Origin: a virus
Lineage: Duplodnaviria; Caudoviricetes
IMG/VR virus record: IMGVR_UViG_3300047275_000314
Span: 1-27,630 of that record
Strand: one strand, 5' to 3'
DNA: 27,630 bases
This document shows, in pieces, positions 14,923 through 24,936 of the stretch; position 1 is the stretch's first letter, and the number at the start of each line of letters is the position of its first letter. The notes beneath the pieces were generated by a model that saw only the letters and a program-made list of their open reading frames with translations, did no database searches and was not told the origin of the DNA. The translations under genes were made by a program, and so were the position numbers.

Positions 14923-17120
14923 TGGCATCACCATTCCAGAAATACCAAGGAGAACAGGTTCAGCAGATCGCTCCGGGCTTTATTGAGGCTTACGGACGGG
15001 CTGGACAGTCTATCGGCGCTGGCATCGCTGGCTTTGCAGAACAGGTCGTAAAGGGTTATCAGGTCGGTCAGGAAAAGGAGAAGCAGGAAGCCCTGCTAAA
15101 GGGGCAACTTGAGCCTTACATCAAGAACGATGAGCGTACAAAGAGGGTCAATGATCTTGTATCAGGTGGAGTCCTTGTAAAGAACTCTGACGGCACAGTT
15201 GGCATTTCCGCTCAATATGCGGACAAGGTTGACATCAATGAGGCCAACAAACTCCTCGACTTTTACAATACCACGGGTGGCGATGGCAGCAAGTTGACAG
15301 GAGAAGCCTTGACCAACTTCGCAGCCCGCTATCAGGGGGAACAGAAGTATGCCGCAGAACAGGCTGCGGCTGCCAAGTCTAAGTTGGAGAACGACCTGAC
15401 TCGGGCCAAGATTAATGATCTAAACGCAAAGGCTGCTGAACGAAACGCCAATGCGGGTCTTTATGCAGAAGTCATTTCTGGTATGGGCTTTAATGTTGCG
15501 ATGCCTCCTGCAGCAGACATCACAAAGCCTGTCGCTGACATATCTACTCCATTTGCCGCTGCTCCTGCTGCTCCTTCTTTTGGCCCTGAGCCTTCGGTAG
15601 CGGCAAATTATGCCAACGCGCCTACTGAGGCTCCAGCAGAGCCTGCTAAAATCTCCCCCGCTCTGACAGCCGGGACTGAACCTGCTGAAAAGGCCGCTGC
15701 TCCTGCTGCTCCTGCTGCTACGCCAGCACCAACACCCAAGGCTGCTGCTGCGCCTGCGCCTACTCCTACTCCTTCTCCTGCACAAGCGCCCAAGACGGCA
15801 CCTGCACCAAAGGCTGCACCTGCTGCTCCTGTCCCCGCACCGGCTCCTGCACCCGCTCCTGCCGCTGTAAAGCCCATTGACATTAAAGCGGAGGCCGCTC
15901 GCGTTGCTGAAGAGAACAAGAAACTTGATCAGGAAGAGGCTAAAATCAGGACTAAATACGCGAAGGATCGTAGCGATGCTGAAGTTAAGTATGCTAGAGT
16001 TAAATCAACCAAGCGTATTCCTGCGAACAAGATTGGATTTGATCTTACTGAGGGCATAGAGGATTACTGGCAAAGCAAACAGAAGGCAATCAATGATGCC
16101 GAGGCTCGGGATCTTGAAGTCATCAAAGGTAAGCGCAAAGCCCTCGATGATGCGTTCTCCAGGGCGCAGACTATGGCATCAGAAGGCCGTGCGGAGAAGG
16201 CAGATGTCCGTGCGGAGAAGGCGGCTACTAGGGCTGAAGAGGCCGCTACACTTTCAAAGAATAAGTTTGAGGCTGAGAAAGCGGCCAGGGAAGAAGATAG
16301 GGCTGCAAAGGCCAAGGCCGCAAGAAAGCAGGCAGTCGGCGACTATCCTCGTATGGGTGTCTGGACTCACGCAGGATACAATCTCAAGGACAAGCAGGGC
16401 AACAAGGTCGATCCGTTTGATTACGGAATCCCGGCGCTTGAAGGGCAGGCCAAGAATGACGCCATCTCCGCTTACGAGGGATACACGACTGGTATCGGCT
16501 TCCTGATGGATCTCGACAGAACCTTGAAGGACAGAATCGCAGGAGACGAGGGATACAAGGAGCGTTTCCGTCTGACCACATCTGATATGGAGGAGTTCTA
16601 CAAGGGCGAATTTTCCAGCGTGTTCGGCGTTGCGACATTCCGAAGGGCTATCGTGTCTGGAGGCAACTTCTCGGACGCAGACCGGGAATTCGTCAAGAGC
16701 GTCATCACATACATCAATACCGCAGCCCCTGACTTGAGCGATGAAGATCTCAAGTCATCCCTGAATGCCTTGGCTACATTTATCAGTTCTATGTATGCCC
16801 GCAAACTTGAATCGTATGGAATGCGCTTCAACCCTCAGGCTACCAAGGAATACGCAGCCCAGATGCGTTCTCTCGGCAATAATGCCGAAGCCGACTTTGC
16901 GCTTTCTGAACTCAAGGATGTCGAGAACTTCAATAGTGAATTTGGAATCAGAGTGAGAGGCGCCTCAACAAGGAACAACCCCGAATTTACCAGGGTTGTC
17001 GATGATGCTCGCGCCACACTTTGGCGAACACTTGAAAAGGGCGGCGTTGACACAAGCGCGTTCAAGGGTAGCAAGCCTGGAGTCTCTCGCCCTGCCAACG
17101 GGGGGCTATCGCCCCGCTGA
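14922..17120 (+). CDS. Internal virion/ejection protein (732 aa)
   Basis: GQSIGAGIAG N-terminal segment, Pro/Ala linker, coiled coil, GGNFSDADRE motif; synteny. Confidence 0.8.
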   Translation: MASPFQKYQGEQVQQIAPGFIEAYGRAGQSIGAGIAGFAEQVVKGYQVGQEKEKQEALLKGQLEPYIKNDERTKRVNDLVSGGVLVKNSDGTVGISAQYADKVDINEANKLLDFYNTTGGDGSKLTGEALTNFAARYQGEQKYAAEQAAAAKSKLENDLTRAKINDLNAKAAERNANAGLYAEVISGMGFNVAMPPAADITKPVADISTPFAAAPAAPSFGPEPSVAANYANAPTEAPAEPAKISPALTAGTEPAEKAAAPAAPAATPAPTPKAAAAPAPTPTPSPAQAPKTAPAPKAAPAAPVPAPAPAPAPAAVKPIDIKAEAARVAEENKKLDQEEAKIRTKYAKDRSDAEVKYARVKSTKRIPANKIGFDLTEGIEDYWQSKQKAINDAEARDLEVIKGKRKALDDAFSRAQTMASEGRAEKADVRAEKAATRAEEAATLSKNKFEAEKAAREEDRAAKAKAARKQAVGDYPRMGVWTHAGYNLKDKQGNKVDPFDYGIPALEGQAKNDAISAYEGYTTGIGFLMDLDRTLKDRIAGDEGYKERFRLTTSDMEEFYKGEFSSVFGVATFRRAIVSGGNFSDADREFVKSVITYINTAAPDLSDEDLKSSLNALATFISSMYARKLESYGMRFNPQATKEYAAQMRSLGNNAEADFALSELKDVENFNSEFGIRVRGASTRNNPEFTRVVDDARATLWRTLEKGGVDTSAFKGSKPGVSRPANGGLSPR

Positions 17121-17139
17121 AGCCAAGTAAAACAACTTA

Positions 17140-20100
17140 ATGGAACCTACCAGCATCATTCAGGCCACCTCAGGTGAACCTGCAGGCCCGCTTAGGCCTT
17201 TCTCCTTTGTGACGCCAGATGGCACCTTTGATGGCATTGGCGCATCTGACCCGCAGTACAAGCCTGGTTCTGACGAATACAGGCTAAGGAGCAATGATCA
17301 GCAAAGGGCGCTAAATTGGAGAATCTTTGACGCATTCGCAAGAATTGACCCTGACAATCCGTTCAACGCTGGCAGGAGTTCAATTGAGCGCGGCGCTGAT
17401 GAACCTCAGATTAGTGAGTTGTTCAGAAACCTGAAGAATTCTGGTGCGCTGGCTGGGACAAATGGAACGGCTCAGGACGCCGCTTGGTATGTCGTGAATG
17501 TGATGCAGCCTCAGGCTCGTCACGATGCCAAGTATGTCTTTAATAAGATCCGTCCTGCCATCGCTCAGATGGTGAAGGAAGGACAGGAGTCAGGCCGTTC
17601 ATTCTACCCTGCTGAACTGAACTTTGAGGACATCATATCCATCGCGACCAAGTCTGGAGTTGACCCGTATGTCATCAACAAACTTGTCGCCGAAGAAGGA
17701 GAGGTAAATGTACGCAAGTCTACCAAGTCCTACACCTACGGCCAACTCAAGCCTATGGTGGATATGCTCGACCCTGAGTCCACTTGGGGTGAGATGGTTT
17801 TCAACGACCCCAAGACGCATCTCTTCACGAAGACTGGAGAGGCCCGCCGTGATGCGTTCAAGGCGATGGCAAGGTGGAAGGACAAGCACGGCGTTTCATT
17901 CCTTGGCAGCCTGATTGAGGGAGTCGGTCATCTTGCAGTCGAGGGTGGTTATGCACTTGGAGGATTTGCAGAAGGCTCGATTGGATCCCTTGTCGCCGTT
18001 GGTACTGCCGGACAGTTCTTGATGGAGAACGGAACTTATGTGCTTTCTGACGCCTGGATTCAGCGTCCTGAGGCTGAGCGCAATGAGGCGCAGGATGTAC
18101 TCATCAGGGCGCACGAACTGGCGAAAAAGTACGGCCCTGAGTTCGTCAACGCCAAGAATGAATTCCAGTCAGCGGCTGTAATTGAGCGCAGGTTCGGCGA
18201 ATTGGCTGACCCAGCCGATGTGGAGACATTCCAGCGCCTTTCCGAATTGCGCCGCAATGGCGCTTACAGGCCTCAGATGTCTTGGGAGCGCCTCGCCAAT
18301 TTCGGTGAAGGTGTGCTTAACGCCGTTCCTTCTCTGGTCAAGTTGTTCAATTCGTCTGTAGACCCAAATTCTGCGCTCTTCCGATACGAGGTAAATACAA
18401 AGAGCGGATCCGTAGGCCCGATGGGTGGAGATGCCTTCGGAGTAAGGTCTGCCTGGGAAGCCTGGTGGAAGAGCAGCCAGACATACAAGGATATCGAGGC
18501 CTCTGAACTGGACAAGACCATCGACATTTGGTCTGAGAACTACAATGACTTGATGGGCAACGGAGAATCAGTTACTGGGTTCTTTTATCGAAAGAGCGCC
18601 GAAGTGGCTGAGGCTGTTGGAGCAAAGGGTCTAGGTTCTGTCTACAGGGAGGGTGAAACTGCTGCCAAGGGAATTATGCAGGAAAAGCGTCTCATTGAGG
18701 CCGGAGCCTTGGTTGACCCTGTTCTCACATTTGTCGGCGCCCTGAAACTTGTAGGTGTCGGAGCCAAGGCCGCAAAGACAACGGCTGCCCTTGAATCCAT
18801 TTCATCGGACATCAGGACTATTACCGCAGAGGCCTCAAAACTCAGGGCTTCTGCCAACATCGTGTCTGCCGAGTTTGATACTGCTGTTGCAAGGATCAGG
18901 ACTGAAATCGAGAAACTCATCCCTGGTGCGCAGTTCACAGATGACGATGTCATTGGCATAGCGATTAGCGACAGAAGGAGCGCAATCGGCCAACTTCCAG
19001 CAGCCCAGTTGATCCGCAAGGAAATCGGAAGGACTATTTCAAAGAACAAATCCCTTGCCGAAAAGGTAAAGGAAATTGAAAAGCGCCTTGATGACATTCC
19101 TGACGATACGGCCGGAATCGACAAACTGCGAGCAAGGCCTGTCGGTGGAGCCGTAATGAAGGGTGTCTCCAAGGCAGAAAGTGGCGTAGCATATGCCGTC
19201 AATGCCGTTGCCGACTTCCTTGACGAGAATTATGCCACGGCAAAAGGTGGAGGAATCAGGAAGGCTCTTTCCCGTGGAGCAAGGTTCTTGGTCAGAAGCC
19301 CGATTGGGTCAGGCAGCGTGTCCGTGTCTATGGCAGGAGCGTATCTCGCCCAAGGTGATATTCTCGGAGCGGCGCTCGCGGGCGGTGGATACATCGGCTT
19401 GTCGCAACTTCTCCGTCCAGAGTACCTTCGTTCTTTCGGAACAAGCGTAAGCCAGGTGTCCAGAATCCAGGGGCGCCTTGCAGCCAATGTTTCTGAGGGC
19501 AAGCGATATGGTGATTCTGCATTCCTGCGTACAGCCATCGATTTTGAGACTGAGGCCAGGAATCTGAACAAGACCATCAATCGAGTCCCAGGAGTTCCAC
19601 TTAGCCCTGAGGATGCGGCGAAGGTTGAGAAGATAAATCAGTTGGCTGATGACGCGGCCGTTCTTCGGAGGCTTCACAAGGGTGGCATTGAAGACGCATT
19701 CAGGAACGCCTCCAAAGTGGTATGGGAGGACGGGTTCATCGCTGGCCTGACAGGCAGCGTGATCGCCGGACTCAATGACGAGGACGCGATGGGGTCTGGT
19801 GCTGGACTTTCAATCGGCTTCTCAGCGGGCCTGCGCGGCCTTAACAGGCTTTACCAGGTCACTCCTGCAGGAGCGGCGCCAACATACAACAGAGCCGTGC
19901 TTGGCGATATGGTCAGCATCCTGAGCGAAATCAAAGATCCCGAGCAGCGCGGAAACATCATCTCGTTCCTTGGCAAGGCTGGAGATGACCCTCAGGCTTA
20001 CCTTCGCAGGGTGTCTATCGTAAGAGACCTGTACATCTCAACCCGGGGAAGGGCGCGTTTCGTCAATGGTACTGAATTTGAGGCGGCGACAATCCTGACA

Positions 20101-23100
20101 AGTTCTCCTGAGGCAGAGGCCACGATGATTATGTCGGAGGCTCAGGCTCTGTATCCCAATGACCCTGCAAAGGCCAAGGAGTACGCGCTTATCCGGAAGG
20201 ACGCCTTGGACAAGGCGAGACAGGCTTCTCATCGCGTTACTGCTCTTCACGGAGACATCGCAACGAACAAGGCCAATATGGACGCTGCGCAGCGGAACCT
20301 TGTCGCCATCGACAACCAGATCAAGGACTTGGAGGTAATTGTCGAGGCCGAGCGCACACAATGGACTGACCTGAAGAAGGTTGATCAGAATCGAATCAAA
20401 TTGGAAAGGCTGCAGCAGGCCAGGTCTGAGGTCGAGACTAGCATTGAGGTTATGCGCCAGCAGCAGCAGGCTCTTGATGGGGATCTTGCCAAGGCCAAGG
20501 GCGAGGCGGCCGTTGACCGGCCTATGCGTCCTTATGAGAGGAGGGCTATGCCAAACGGCTCGACTGTCACATCCGTTTCTGACGCCTTCTATGTCGTTGA
20601 CGGCCCGCAGGGCAAGTCGGTCTATGTGAACATCGACAAGGCTGACAACATCGGCGTCATTTCAGAAGGATGGCACTCTTTGCTCTCGGACTCGGCCATT
20701 GAAAGCCTGATGCCAGAAATGGTCAGTATGCTCATTGATGGGTACAGCCCAGAGACTGGTGAAACACGGGCTGTAGACGCTGCTGGAAATGCAGTTAATA
20801 AGAGACGAGCAGAAGGAGGAAGGGTATTCAGGGCAATCAGTAATGATGCATTCTCTGAAATCCTGAAAGCCTATACTGCTGATATGTCTCCTGAACATCG
20901 TGCGAAGTATATGGCTGATGCTCAGGCTGGTCTTCGCCGATACATCGATTCAGGCTATAAGGACATCAGCGGGATCATTGAGCCTACCAGGGAAGTTATG
21001 ACCTGGATTCTTTCGGCGATTGATATGCGCCGCCGTATCGGGACTCGTCCAGGCCTTGCTACAAGACCTGGCGCTGAGTCAACGAGTTATGGCGCTATGA
21101 CAGGCACTAGGGATATCTCGAAGATTCTGTTCGGAGAGCGTACTATCAGCGATGAACTGAAGACATTCGTCACGGCGATGTTCGACCCTGTCTATGGGAC
21201 AATATCGCGTAAATACGCCAATTCTATGCACGACCAACTCACGGCCTCAGGTATGAGGTTCGTAGAGTCTGGAGACGGAACGCTCAGGGGTTACTTCCTT
21301 AATGAGAAGAATGAGATTGTCCGCTCTGAACTGCTTAACGACTTCTACGACAGGGTTGTAAGTATGACTGGTGGCAGGGGATCGCCGCTCATCAGACCTA
21401 TCAATCTGTATGACCCGATGGTGCCAGTTGAGACAAGGGTGGACTTCGTCAGGCGCAACGGAATGGACTGGGTTCTCAATGATGCCGGGACTGACATCCT
21501 ACCCCCTGAGGAAGTGGCTAGGAAATCAACGGGCTTCGTTAAGTCGATTGAGGACTCACTTTCCAATCTCCCAGAAACTATGCGCAGGATGGAGGTTTAC
21601 ACGGATGCCGATGGTAACCGCGTGTATACTGGCATTCCTTCGCCAGCCGAGATGGCGGCAATCGCCAAGGATCCGAACATCCCAGAGTCGTTCAAGCGTA
21701 ACATCCTGACTGTTATGCAGACCCTGTCATCTGGAGAGTCAAAGGCCGTGCTGCGGGCTGAGTACAGCAATGTGTTCTCGGTCAATACTGACGCCCTGAC
21801 TGACCATAGGCTTCGCGTAGGCAAGGACATCGCTGGTAAGACCGAGATGCGCAGCGTCATCCCGTTGTCATTCACAATCGGCGATTCCCCTGTTTATGGA
21901 GCGGACGGGAAGGTGATCAAGGTCACGGGCGCTGACGGGAAGAAGGTTCCGCTCAAACAGAAGGTGGTCAAGATGCTCGGCGTCGATGTGCCTGCCCTGA
22001 AGAACTCATTCAACCACGCCTTCCAGCAGGGCTTGTTCATAATCGATGAGGCTACTGGCAAGCGTGAGTACCTTAAGGATCCCAGCGGCAATCCTTACAC
22101 GGCTGCAAACCTCAAGATGCTGTTCGGTTCTGAGGCTGAGTTCTGGAACCAGGCTACTGTCTGGATGAACCATTACTACAAGAGCGGCCCGATAGACCCT
22201 CACGCTCCAATCCCAATGAACCCTGATGGGTCTCCTAAGACAAGGATCCCTGTTTCCGCTGAAGTCCTCGACCCCATCAACCCGGCACGGGGAGCAGCAC
22301 AGCGTGACGCTCTCCGTATGATCTTCGGCCTTGAGTCAGGCAAGAAGAGGCTTGGCTGGGTTGAGGACAATCGGAAGACGAACACGGCCACAGGAGTGGT
22401 CATCAGGGGGACAAACTTCCCGATAACAAACTACCGACTCGACCAGTTCGGCCCGCTTACGGCCACGGGTGAGTCTATGTTCATAGACCAGCGTGGAGCG
22501 ACATCTGGTCAGTTCGTTATGTCCATCAAGGACTGGGGCAAGGTCAATGTCGGCCTTGTCAATGGGCGGCCTACTATGGTTCTCACGGACACATTCATCG
22601 ACCTAGGTGGCAGGTTTATGCCGAGCGGATCGCAGATCTTCGTCAACGAAGTCAGGACTCATCCTACAATCGCTGACGCCAAGATGTTCATCGGATATGA
22701 AGAGTCTCCGGCGGGTAAGCGTGAAAAGATCCTGGCCTATACCCTTGGTGATGGGCGAATCATCAAGACATCCTTCAGCAAGGAGCGCGATGTCATCAAT
22801 GAAATGCGAGCCAAACTCGGAAACAGGGAAGACTTGGCTTGGACTAACGAGGCTCTTGTCGGCCCTGATTACAAGGGCGACCCTCTGTTCTCCACGGAGG
22901 CTCCCAAGGGCAAGGTGTCAGAAATGCTGTTCGATCCTGTCGAAAATGCCGCAGACATCCTTCCGATGATTGAAGCCTATTACGCCAAGGATGGAAGGAA
23001 GATCCCTCCGAATATGAAGGCGTTCATAATGGATCAGAACCTTGAGTCGTTCATCAAGGGCAATGGAAGCCTTAATGACATCATATCTGCTCTTCAAAGG

Positions 23101-24936
23101 AAGGCCAAGGAAGAGCGTGACGGGTCTTCTACCGGGATTTGGAAGGACAGGTATAGGAACATCGACAGCCAGTTTGGGGAACTTTGGCGTGAGGTCTATG
23201 AGGTTTCAGAGAAGCAAGCACAGGCGTATCGAGTACCAAGCAACATCGATGTTCCTGTAGATGCTGAAAGAGCCATATCTAAGTTGTTCGCACTTGAGAG
23301 GGCTCACGATCCTACATTCAGCAACCCAAACAACAGGGCGATTTCGGAACTGTTCGACCTGACAAGAGAGAATTTCACTCCTGGTCAGTTTGCATCAAAC
23401 AAGGAGTACATTGAGGCCGTCCTTCAGGTTCTTGATAAGAAGTTGGATGATGTCGCATCCCTTGAAGGGGAGGAGTTTGAGGTTCAGTATAAGCGACTCA
23501 GTTACACAAAGGACAAGGTCGAGTTTACTTATAAACTTCTGCAGAAGCAGCATCCTGAACTGTTCGCCGAGAAGACAAAGGCTGCAGAATCCCCCGAGGC
23601 TACTGGTCAGGCCAAGCCGTCCCTGCCTACTGATCCGTCTACCGCAGTTGATCCCGCTACTGGCCTGACGCCTACCCGTGCGTTGCCCGAGGCTCCCGAG
23701 ATGACGGACGCCGAGATTCAGGAGACCAAGCGCGTTAGGGTGTCGAATGATGGTACTGTCAAGACTGTGCCTGACATCGTCCTGTCCTTTGATCAGCAGC
23801 GCAGGATCCGTTACAACGCTATGCTGGACTGGAACCGCAAGTACACAGAGACTCTTGCCGAGGATACCGCCGCGTTCAACAAGAGCCGGAAGGAGCAGGA
23901 GGAACTGCTGCTTCAGGAGTGGGAGAAGCGGGCCAGTTATCAGCAGCGCCAGAAGAGCAGGGCCGAGAAACTTGAGGCTGCTCGCGCCGAGAAGGAGCGC
24001 AAGAAGTTCATTGCCGAGCAGAACGCTCGCTGGGCGCAGGAGGTCGCGTCAGAGGAGAAACTGGCCGCCCAGTACAGAAGGAAGGCCAAGGAGCAGGCTG
24101 CTGCTGACGCCAGGGCAGCCGCCGAGGCCCAAAGGCTTGCCGATCAGGCTCAGGCCAAGGCCGAGGCTGCACGGCTTGCGTTTGAGCGTGGGATTGAGAT
24201 TCTCAAGGCCAAGGAGCAGGTGAAGGGTGAAATCACCCGCAAACTGGTCGCCGATGCCTTGAACTCCAATGACCCGCTAATTGCGCCTGGTCTTCTGCTT
24301 GTCGATTTTGACAGGCTTCCGATTGCCATTGAGCGCAATGTGTCCGTAGCCGATACAGTCAATATCCCGTTTGTATCGACAAGAACCAATGTGGTCTACC
24401 TCCGTAACTGGAATGGCTTTGAGGCTCAGACCAAGGCATTCCAGCAGTCCACCTTCAATTACCTGTTCTCCGAACAGTCTGGCCGTGGGCAGCGGATTGC
24501 GGCTGAGGCCTTCGGAGGCCCGATGGCTGCGCAGCAGGGAATCAATCTCGTCAACAGCCGTATGTGGATTGCTGACGGATCTGGCGCCCGCCTGTTCAGG
24601 GAGTACAAGAATGCGGACAAGGCTGCAGGACGGGACATCATCACCTACAAGGTGTACGCAGCCAATGGGTCGCTCATCAAGGAGACTCAGGACGCCGTAG
24701 ATGCGCTCAAAGCCATTGAGAATCTGGAGCGCAGGTTCCAGGCCACCCTCGGAGTCAGCGCCTTCTCGCCTAAGAAGATCGAGACCCCTGAGGATGTAAT
24801 CGAGGTGCGCACCCGTCTGGCCGAGGGGTATCTCACCCCGCCCACGCCACAGAGGCCGAGCAACACAGTCCAGAAGGAGAAGCGTTTGTCCAGAATCAGG
24901 GATGTCGATAAGTACCTTCCCGTGAAGCCTCGATGA
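17140..24936 (+). CDS. Very large internal virion/ejection protein (2598 aa)
   Basis: Uninterrupted ORF at end of structural operon; Gly/Ala-rich hydrophobic segments, two long coiled coils, degenerate HExxH-like motif. Confidence 0.85.
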   Translation: MEPTSIIQATSGEPAGPLRPFSFVTPDGTFDGIGASDPQYKPGSDEYRLRSNDQQRALNWRIFDAFARIDPDNPFNAGRSSIERGADEPQISELFRNLKNSGALAGTNGTAQDAAWYVVNVMQPQARHDAKYVFNKIRPAIAQMVKEGQESGRSFYPAELNFEDIISIATKSGVDPYVINKLVAEEGEVNVRKSTKSYTYGQLKPMVDMLDPESTWGEMVFNDPKTHLFTKTGEARRDAFKAMARWKDKHGVSFLGSLIEGVGHLAVEGGYALGGFAEGSIGSLVAVGTAGQFLMENGTYVLSDAWIQRPEAERNEAQDVLIRAHELAKKYGPEFVNAKNEFQSAAVIERRFGELADPADVETFQRLSELRRNGAYRPQMSWERLANFGEGVLNAVPSLVKLFNSSVDPNSALFRYEVNTKSGSVGPMGGDAFGVRSAWEAWWKSSQTYKDIEASELDKTIDIWSENYNDLMGNGESVTGFFYRKSAEVAEAVGAKGLGSVYREGETAAKGIMQEKRLIEAGALVDPVLTFVGALKLVGVGAKAAKTTAALESISSDIRTITAEASKLRASANIVSAEFDTAVARIRTEIEKLIPGAQFTDDDVIGIAISDRRSAIGQLPAAQLIRKEIGRTISKNKSLAEKVKEIEKRLDDIPDDTAGIDKLRARPVGGAVMKGVSKAESGVAYAVNAVADFLDENYATAKGGGIRKALSRGARFLVRSPIGSGSVSVSMAGAYLAQGDILGAALAGGGYIGLSQLLRPEYLRSFGTSVSQVSRIQGRLAANVSEGKRYGDSAFLRTAIDFETEARNLNKTINRVPGVPLSPEDAAKVEKINQLADDAAVLRRLHKGGIEDAFRNASKVVWEDGFIAGLTGSVIAGLNDEDAMGSGAGLSIGFSAGLRGLNRLYQVTPAGAAPTYNRAVLGDMVSILSEIKDPEQRGNIISFLGKAGDDPQAYLRRVSIVRDLYISTRGRARFVNGTEFEAATILTSSPEAEATMIMSEAQALYPNDPAKAKEYALIRKDALDKARQASHRVTALHGDIATNKANMDAAQRNLVAIDNQIKDLEVIVEAERTQWTDLKKVDQNRIKLERLQQARSEVETSIEVMRQQQQALDGDLAKAKGEAAVDRPMRPYERRAMPNGSTVTSVSDAFYVVDGPQGKSVYVNIDKADNIGVISEGWHSLLSDSAIESLMPEMVSMLIDGYSPETGETRAVDAAGNAVNKRRAEGGRVFRAISNDAFSEILKAYTADMSPEHRAKYMADAQAGLRRYIDSGYKDISGIIEPTREVMTWILSAIDMRRRIGTRPGLATRPGAESTSYGAMTGTRDISKILFGERTISDELKTFVTAMFDPVYGTISRKYANSMHDQLTASGMRFVESGDGTLRGYFLNEKNEIVRSELLNDFYDRVVSMTGGRGSPLIRPINLYDPMVPVETRVDFVRRNGMDWVLNDAGTDILPPEEVARKSTGFVKSIEDSLSNLPETMRRMEVYTDADGNRVYTGIPSPAEMAAIAKDPNIPESFKRNILTVMQTLSSGESKAVLRAEYSNVFSVNTDALTDHRLRVGKDIAGKTEMRSVIPLSFTIGDSPVYGADGKVIKVTGADGKKVPLKQKVVKMLGVDVPALKNSFNHAFQQGLFIIDEATGKREYLKDPSGNPYTAANLKMLFGSEAEFWNQATVWMNHYYKSGPIDPHAPIPMNPDGSPKTRIPVSAEVLDPINPARGAAQRDALRMIFGLESGKKRLGWVEDNRKTNTATGVVIRGTNFPITNYRLDQFGPLTATGESMFIDQRGATSGQFVMSIKDWGKVNVGLVNGRPTMVLTDTFIDLGGRFMPSGSQIFVNEVRTHPTIADAKMFIGYEESPAGKREKILAYTLGDGRIIKTSFSKERDVINEMRAKLGNREDLAWTNEALVGPDYKGDPLFSTEAPKGKVSEMLFDPVENAADILPMIEAYYAKDGRKIPPNMKAFIMDQNLESFIKGNGSLNDIISALQRKAKEERDGSSTGIWKDRYRNIDSQFGELWREVYEVSEKQAQAYRVPSNIDVPVDAERAISKLFALERAHDPTFSNPNNRAISELFDLTRENFTPGQFASNKEYIEAVLQVLDKKLDDVASLEGEEFEVQYKRLSYTKDKVEFTYKLLQKQHPELFAEKTKAAESPEATGQAKPSLPTDPSTAVDPATGLTPTRALPEAPEMTDAEIQETKRVRVSNDGTVKTVPDIVLSFDQQRRIRYNAMLDWNRKYTETLAEDTAAFNKSRKEQEELLLQEWEKRASYQQRQKSRAEKLEAARAEKERKKFIAEQNARWAQEVASEEKLAAQYRRKAKEQAAADARAAAEAQRLADQAQAKAEAARLAFERGIEILKAKEQVKGEITRKLVADALNSNDPLIAPGLLLVDFDRLPIAIERNVSVADTVNIPFVSTRTNVVYLRNWNGFEAQTKAFQQSTFNYLFSEQSGRGQRIAAEAFGGPMAAQQGINLVNSRMWIADGSGARLFREYKNADKAAGRDIITYKVYAANGSLIKETQDAVDALKAIENLERRFQATLGVSAFSPKKIETPEDVIEVRTRLAEGYLTPPTPQRPSNTVQKEKRLSRIRDVDKYLPVKPR

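Noticed and set aside
17140-24936. N4-like or crAss-like virion RNA polymerase
   Set aside because: No DxDGD or single-subunit polymerase motifs recognised; size alone is insufficient
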